Shown one piece after another: positions 58,775-64,000 of a stretch of DNA of 64,000 nucleotides. The notes beneath the pieces were generated by a model, which did not search any database, had not been told where the DNA came from, and was given only the letters and a program-made list of their open reading frames with translations. The translations under genes and the position numbers were made by a program. The DNA lies in contig MEDY01000020.1 in NCBI GenBank assembly GCA_001724265.1, positions 62,001-126,000 on the forward strand, given 5' to 3'. How positions within the stretch are numbered: position 1 is the first letter of the stretch; the number at the start of each line of letters is the position of its first letter. The stretch is from Rhizaria sp. SCN 62-66 (Eukaryota).

Positions 58775-61700
58775 TTACGCCCACTCCCAGTCGCGAATAT
58801 TGCCCTCATCAGGGAGTGCACCCTCGATCTCACCCTGGGTTTGACCCTCCTCCTGGTGCTGCGGCTGCTGCTGAGGCTGGCCCTGCTGCGCATCGTTGCG
58901 CATCCACTTCGTCACTGGCGCCGCGGCAGCAGCCTTTGCCACAATGGCGGCCTTGGCCTCGGCCTTAAGAGCTGCCCGGGCCTCGGCCGTGGCGCGGGCC
59001 TCATCCGCAGTGCTGGCCTGCACCTGCTGCGCCTGCGCCCGAAGCTGCGCCTGCGCCCGGGCCTGCGCCGCGGCATCTGTCTGCGCCTGGGCCTGCGCAC
59101 GCGCCGTCGCGAAGGCCGCGGCCTGCGCCAGCACCTGCGCCTGCACCTTGGCGGCGGCGTCGGCCTTGGCCTTGGCCTCGGCGTTCTCGGCCGTGAGCGC
59201 GTCGATCTGCGCCTGCTGCTGCACCAGCTGCTGCTGCGCCTGCTGGAGCTGATGCTGCTGCAGCGCAGCGTGAAACACTTGCTGCGACGCCGCGTCTACG
59301 ACCGGCGGCATGCCGTAGCCGTAACCGGTGCCGGCAAAGCCTCCCGGCGCGACGCCGTAGGCCATGTGCTGCCCGGCGTAGGGCGCGTAGCCATACGGCA
59401 CGCCAGCGCCCGCCGCGGCCATGCCCGCCGCTGGCATGTGCGGGTGCCCGGCGGCGCCGTAGCCCGGGGCGGCGCCGTACGCGGCGGGCGCGGGCGCGGC
59501 GCCGTAGCCGGGCATGGGGAAGCCGTAGGCACCAGCGCCCGCGTGGGGTGCCGGGTACCCGTGAGGGTACTGTCCGTGCGCGTGCCCGTGTGTGTGCGCG
59601 TACGCGGCCTCGTGGCCCACGGCGGCAGCAGCGGCAGCGGGCTCACCATCGGCGTCTTTAACAGCAGCGGCGGCGGCACGAGTCGCGCGCAGCGCCTGTG
59701 CCTGTGCCTGTGCCTGCGCAGCCGCGGCGCCCTTAGCACCTGCCGCCACGGCGGGAGCGCCTCCAGCTGGGACGGGAGCGACCGAGTCGTTGCTGACCCA
59801 GCCCATAACGGGGCGGTCGCGGGCGGGTGGCGCCGCCTTGGCCAGCGGCAGCGGCGCCACAGGGTGCAGCGCCTTGGGCGGCTGGTACGGGCCCTTGAAG
59901 GTGTTAGCATTGCGAGCAGGACCAACGTTGCCGCGGTAATTGTTTCCTCCGGTGTTGTAGACCTTAGCAGGCGGCGCGCGCTGTTGATGTTGATGGTGCT
60001 GTTGCCGCTGCTGTTGCCGCTGCTAATGCTGTTGATGCTGATGCTGCACGCGGCCGCCGTCGGGGCTGTGGTCACCACGGATACGGTCGTCCGCGCGGGC
60101 GAACTTATTGCGGGCCCCTGTGAAGTTGCTGTTGTTGTTGTTGTTATCGCCATTGTTCTGGAGCTCCGCCGCCTCCTCGGCGGCCTTCTCGCGCGCCCGG
60201 CGCAGCGCGCGCTCACCCGCGGCCATGCACCGCGCCGCAAGCGCTGCCGCCGACACAGAGTGCTGGCGTCGCGCCGCAAGCGCCTCCGCGCTCTCAGCCT
60301 CGGCCGCCGGCTCCTGCTCCTGCTCCTGCTGCTGCTGCAGTTCATGGTCGTTTCCGTCCTGCATCGCAAGCACGGGCGCGGGCGCGGGCGCGGGGTCCCA
60401 GGCCGCGGCGTAGGTGAGCGAGCCGAGCATTGCGGCGAGCGCAACGGCAGCCTGCTCCTCGTCGTTGGCATTGACCGTGACGACCGCGGCGAAGCCCTCG
60501 CTGGCGACGGGCGCCTCGAACTCGTCCTGCTGGCGGTGCACGACGCCGCCGACGCGCGCGCGCGCCTCTGCGGGCGACTCGTCCGCCTGCGCGCCCAGCC
60601 TCAGGTGGCCCACGCGCGCCAGGACGCGGTCGACCGAGTCCTTGGCCGGCAGCAGCAGGTGCACGCACAGCCGCAGCGGCAGCGGGACAGGCGCCACGCC
60701 GAACGCCGCGGGCGCCAGCGCCGGCGACGGCAGCTGCGTCGGCATGTTCGCGGCCGCGGCGGCGGCGTCGGCAACGGCCGCGGCCGCGGCGATGGCGGCA
60801 ACAGCGGCGCCGTCGTTGTCGCGCGCAGCATTGTTATTAAGATTGTTGTGATCGTTCACGACAACACCGTCCTCCTCAGCTTCTTCTTCGTCGACGAAAG
60901 TGAATGCAACGTGACCGGGCTTAAACGCCACAGCAGGGGCAGCAGCCGGAGCGGCGCGTGCGGCAGGAGCGGCGGCCGCCTGTTGCTCGCGCCGCCCCTG
61001 CCTGTCCTGCTCTAGCTGCTGTCGCAGATTCTGGAGCCGCTCCGCCGCGTCCACCGCCTCCACGGCCACGACGGCGTCAATGGCGGCGGCGGCGGCGTTG
61101 AGCTCCGCCTCGGCCTTGGTAAGCGCATTGACGGCGCGCGCGTCGGGCGCCTGCGGCGCGGCGGCCACGTTGAGCCAGTGCGCGCGCTGCTGCTTGGTGA
61201 GGTTCGTGCGGTCCACGACGAGGCGCGGCACGCCCAGCGCGTCAAGCGCGGCGTCCCACGCTCTCACGCCCGCGGCCACGCGGTCGCGCTCCGCGTCGCG
61301 CTGGGCCTTGACCTGCTCGCGAGGCTTGTTGTTGGCGTTGTTGTTACCGGCCAACGCTTGCGTCTCGAGCTGGTTCAGAGGCAGCGGCAACAGCGCGGGC
61401 AGCAGCGCCGCCAGCGCGGGCCGCGAGCCCGACACAAGCGCGTCGGACAGCCCCTGGCGCGCGGCGGCGCGGGCCGCAGCGGAGCTAGACAGCAGCGTCG
61501 CCGTCGCCGCGTCTATCGCGGCAGACGCGGCGGTCACGACAGGAGGCTGCTGCAGCTGTTGCTGTTGCTGCTGCACATGGAGAGGGAGAAAGGCCTCAGC
61601 AGGGCCCGCGGCAGCCTCGTCAGCGGCGGCCCGCGCGGCGGCCGCGGCGACAGTCGTGGCGTAGGCTGCACTCAGCGCGGCGGCGGAAGCGACGTTGTCA

Positions 61701-62017
61701 GCGAGATTGACAGCGGGAGTCAGCGCGGTCGTCACTGCGAACTCGCACGCGCGGCGGTCGCCCATCGCGTCCTGGTTGACCACGCACCACGGTGACGCAG
61801 TGTCAACGTCCTCGGTGATGGCGGCCGCGGCGGCAGCGGCGGGCAGAGCGGAATTGGCTCGCAGGGCGCCCGTGAAGGAGGACTTGCCGGCGCCAGAGAG
61901 GCCGACGAGCACAATGAGGCGCGGCAACGGCAGCAGAGATGGCCACTCGTTACTCGTAAACGACGCCGGCAGCGCGCCCGCGCGCGCCAGCGAAGGGTGG
62001 ATGCGGAACGAGAACAT
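58775..62017 (-). CDS. P-loop kinase (AAA_33/polynucleotide-kinase-like) with a Gln-rich and Tyr/Gly/Pro-rich C-terminal region (1,080 aa); one in-frame TAG at 60025-60023
   Basis: LIVLVGLSGAGKSSF, VVNQDAMG.RRACE, LVVDRTNLTKQQRAHW, DRVLARVGH, FEAPVASEGF; ORFs 60023..62017 and 58775..59860 are one frame joined by TAG plus 54 open codons; ends TAA. Confidence 0.75.
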
Positions 62018-62436
62018 TCCGAGCTTGGCCGAGACGCGAGGCAGGACCGGAACGGGTGGGTTCGCTCTATGGAAGATCGCTGCGTTGTTTGGAGAAAACT
62101 GGACAGGGGATTCAAGCGCAAGATGTGATGAGTCTGCGTATTAAATAAAGTAAAATGTGTTAAACAACACAGTAAACTCTAACAAATTCGTGTTATTCCG
62201 ACCTGACGACGTATATAGAGCATTATCAACATGCTTATTGTGTGGACGAACGATCTCGGTCGGACGGCGCTGCCACAGAGAGACCACCACAAACGAAGCG
62301 TGGCTCATAAGCATTGCTGTTGCGCACCACAATCATCGTCAAAGCAAGATTGTTTGTGTGCTTATTGGTTTAAACGTGGTTTTAACAACTTGTCTTGTTT
62401 TTTGTGCTTTTAATTGCTTAGGAACGCGCGTATCGC

Positions 62437-63217
62437 ATGGATCCACTGACCGGTGCCCGCAAGCCGCTGCCTGACGGACGCGGCGAGGTTCCCCTGAGCA
62501 CCTTCACCTACATGTTCAATGAGGTGATTCGTTACTATCAGAACCAGGCACAAGACATCAACGACATTGAAGCTGGGTACGTCTCTTATCAGCGCTATCC
62601 GACCTGAGCCGTGGAGTCCTCATATTGCGCTCTGTTCACCTCCGTTCCCTCGATATTTCCATGTCCTCACTAACCGTTGTCTGCCACTCCTGTATAACCT
62701 TGTTTTCTTGTGTCGCCCCCTTCGAAGCCTGCACCGCATGGGCGTGTCGATGGGCCCGCGAATTTTGGAGCTGCTGGCGTTCCGGGAGGGCAAGCACCAG
62801 CGCAAACCTGCTGGCTCGCCGATCGCGCTGCTGACCTTCGTGCAGACGACTGTGTGGCGCGCGCTCTTCGGCCAGCCCGCGCGCGGGCTCGAGCGCTCGG
62901 GCGAGGCGGCGTGCGAGTACTTCCTGCTCGAGGGCGAGCCGGTGACGAACCGCTTCGTGTCGGTCCCGCGCGCGCTGGGCCAGCTCAACTGCGCGGCGTT
63001 TGTTGCCGGGATCGTCGAGGGCGTGCTTGTCGCAGCAGGGCTGCGCTGCGGCGTCCAGGCCGCCTGGGCCGCCGCGGGCGCCGGTGCTGCGCAGCAGACT
63101 GTCTACGTTGTGCGCATCGAGTCGGAGGACCCCGGGGCCGAGGCCGTCGCGCAAGCTGAGGCCGAGGCCGAGGCTGCTGCTGCCGCCGCCGCCGCTGCGA
63201 ACAACACTGGCAAGTGA
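62437..63217 (+). CDS. TRAPPC5: TRAPP complex subunit 5 (Trs31) (209 aa); exons 62437-62576 and 62728-63217
   Basis: EVPLSTFTYMFNEVIRY, LHRMGVSMGPRILELL, LLTFVQTTVWRALFG, EPVTNRFVSVPR.LGQLNCAAFVAGIVEGVL; phase-2 GTACGT...AAG intron; ends TGA. Confidence 0.92.
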
Positions 63218-63771
63218 ACGGCGCGAGCGTTGGCGTGATCATGATGGTTGTTTGTTGGACTGATACTGCAGGCATGGGTGTGCGTATGGTGCGACTGATG
63301 AGCTTGGCGTGTTTGGGGTGTCTGTGAGTGTAATAGCTTTAAGTGCAGTTGCTGATTCAGCTTCAGTCCGGTCTTAGTGGGGCCAGCCTGGGCTGGTCTC
63401 AGTTATGAGCTTCATATCAGCTGTAATGTTACATTAGATTTACGATACACAACAGAATTTGCGTTCATGCCTTCATATACATCTCACAGGCCAATGATTC
63501 TCAAGTTGGCCTTACATCTGCACGGTCATCGCTCCTTGGCGTGGCCGAAATGCAAACAAGGTTTTCCCGTTATATTGCGATGGTATCTTCGTTAATCTGC
63601 TTAAACTTAGCTACATTGAGATTTATATACACATTTAATTATTATACTCAAATTACACATTGTAATTCTGTTATTAACCTTCTGAACCCCTCACAACAAA
63701 ACTGTACTGTTCGACTGCCCGCTCGAATCCCGCGCCTTGTCTACATCGCGGCTGATGCAGCTCTCTAGTCA

Positions 63772-64000
63772 ATGTCTGACGACCCCTGGGCCTCCCCCGC
63801 TCCTGGCAAGCGCGCCCACAACTTTACCGCAGGTACGAGCAAATCCTTGTGTAACACCTTGACCCCTCTATCATCCGCGCTGTTCGCTTCTCTCTCCTCA
63901 ACTCCGCATTCACAAAGTGTCCTCGACTCACCTCTCACTTGACATCCGCACGTCGCTCAACCCGACACACAGGCCCGAGCGCACTGCCCGCAAGCGTCCT
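63772..64000 (+). CDS. PSAT1: Phosphoserine aminotransferase, 5' part (exon 63772-63832; exon 63973 to window end)
   Basis: Splicing GTACGA...CAG yields RAHNFTAGPSALPASVL, the N-terminal signature of SerC/PSAT1. Truncated by the window edge. Confidence 0.8.

Overview
Gene-dense nuclear DNA from an aerobic, mitochondriate unicellular eukaryote (lineage not determinable here). Exons are very GC-rich, spacers are short and AT-rich, and there are 12 modelled spliceosomal introns of 110-226 nt, 10 of them starting GTACG. I modelled 18 complete genes and one partial gene: calmodulin-like protein, DUS1, a secreted Pro/Arg-rich protein, organellar ProRS, Sfi1-like protein, kinesin-12-like motor, a small membrane protein, GPN1, a 3,224-aa Ala-rich protein, COX16, a large surface protein, mitoribosomal mS23, a TPR protein, TFIIH p62, a Cys-rich protein, a USP deubiquitinase, a P-loop kinase, TRAPPC5 and the 5' end of phosphoserine aminotransferase. 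Main result: the genome appears to use a non-standard nuclear code in which UAG is a sense codon, most likely Gln, while UAA and UGA remain stops. Five internal in-frame TAGs split three otherwise continuous genes, three of them in Gln-rich context. None of the 17 unambiguous gene ends is TAG (5 TAA, 12 TGA), and the only apparent TAG end is followed by TGA six codons later. Secondary signals: unpaired 3' splice sites in most 5' UTRs (possible spliced-leader trans-splicing), MSA/MYB-like AACGG clusters upstream of the two cell-division genes, and very large Ala-rich insertions inside conserved domains. No rRNA, tRNA, CRISPR array or mobile element was recognised.
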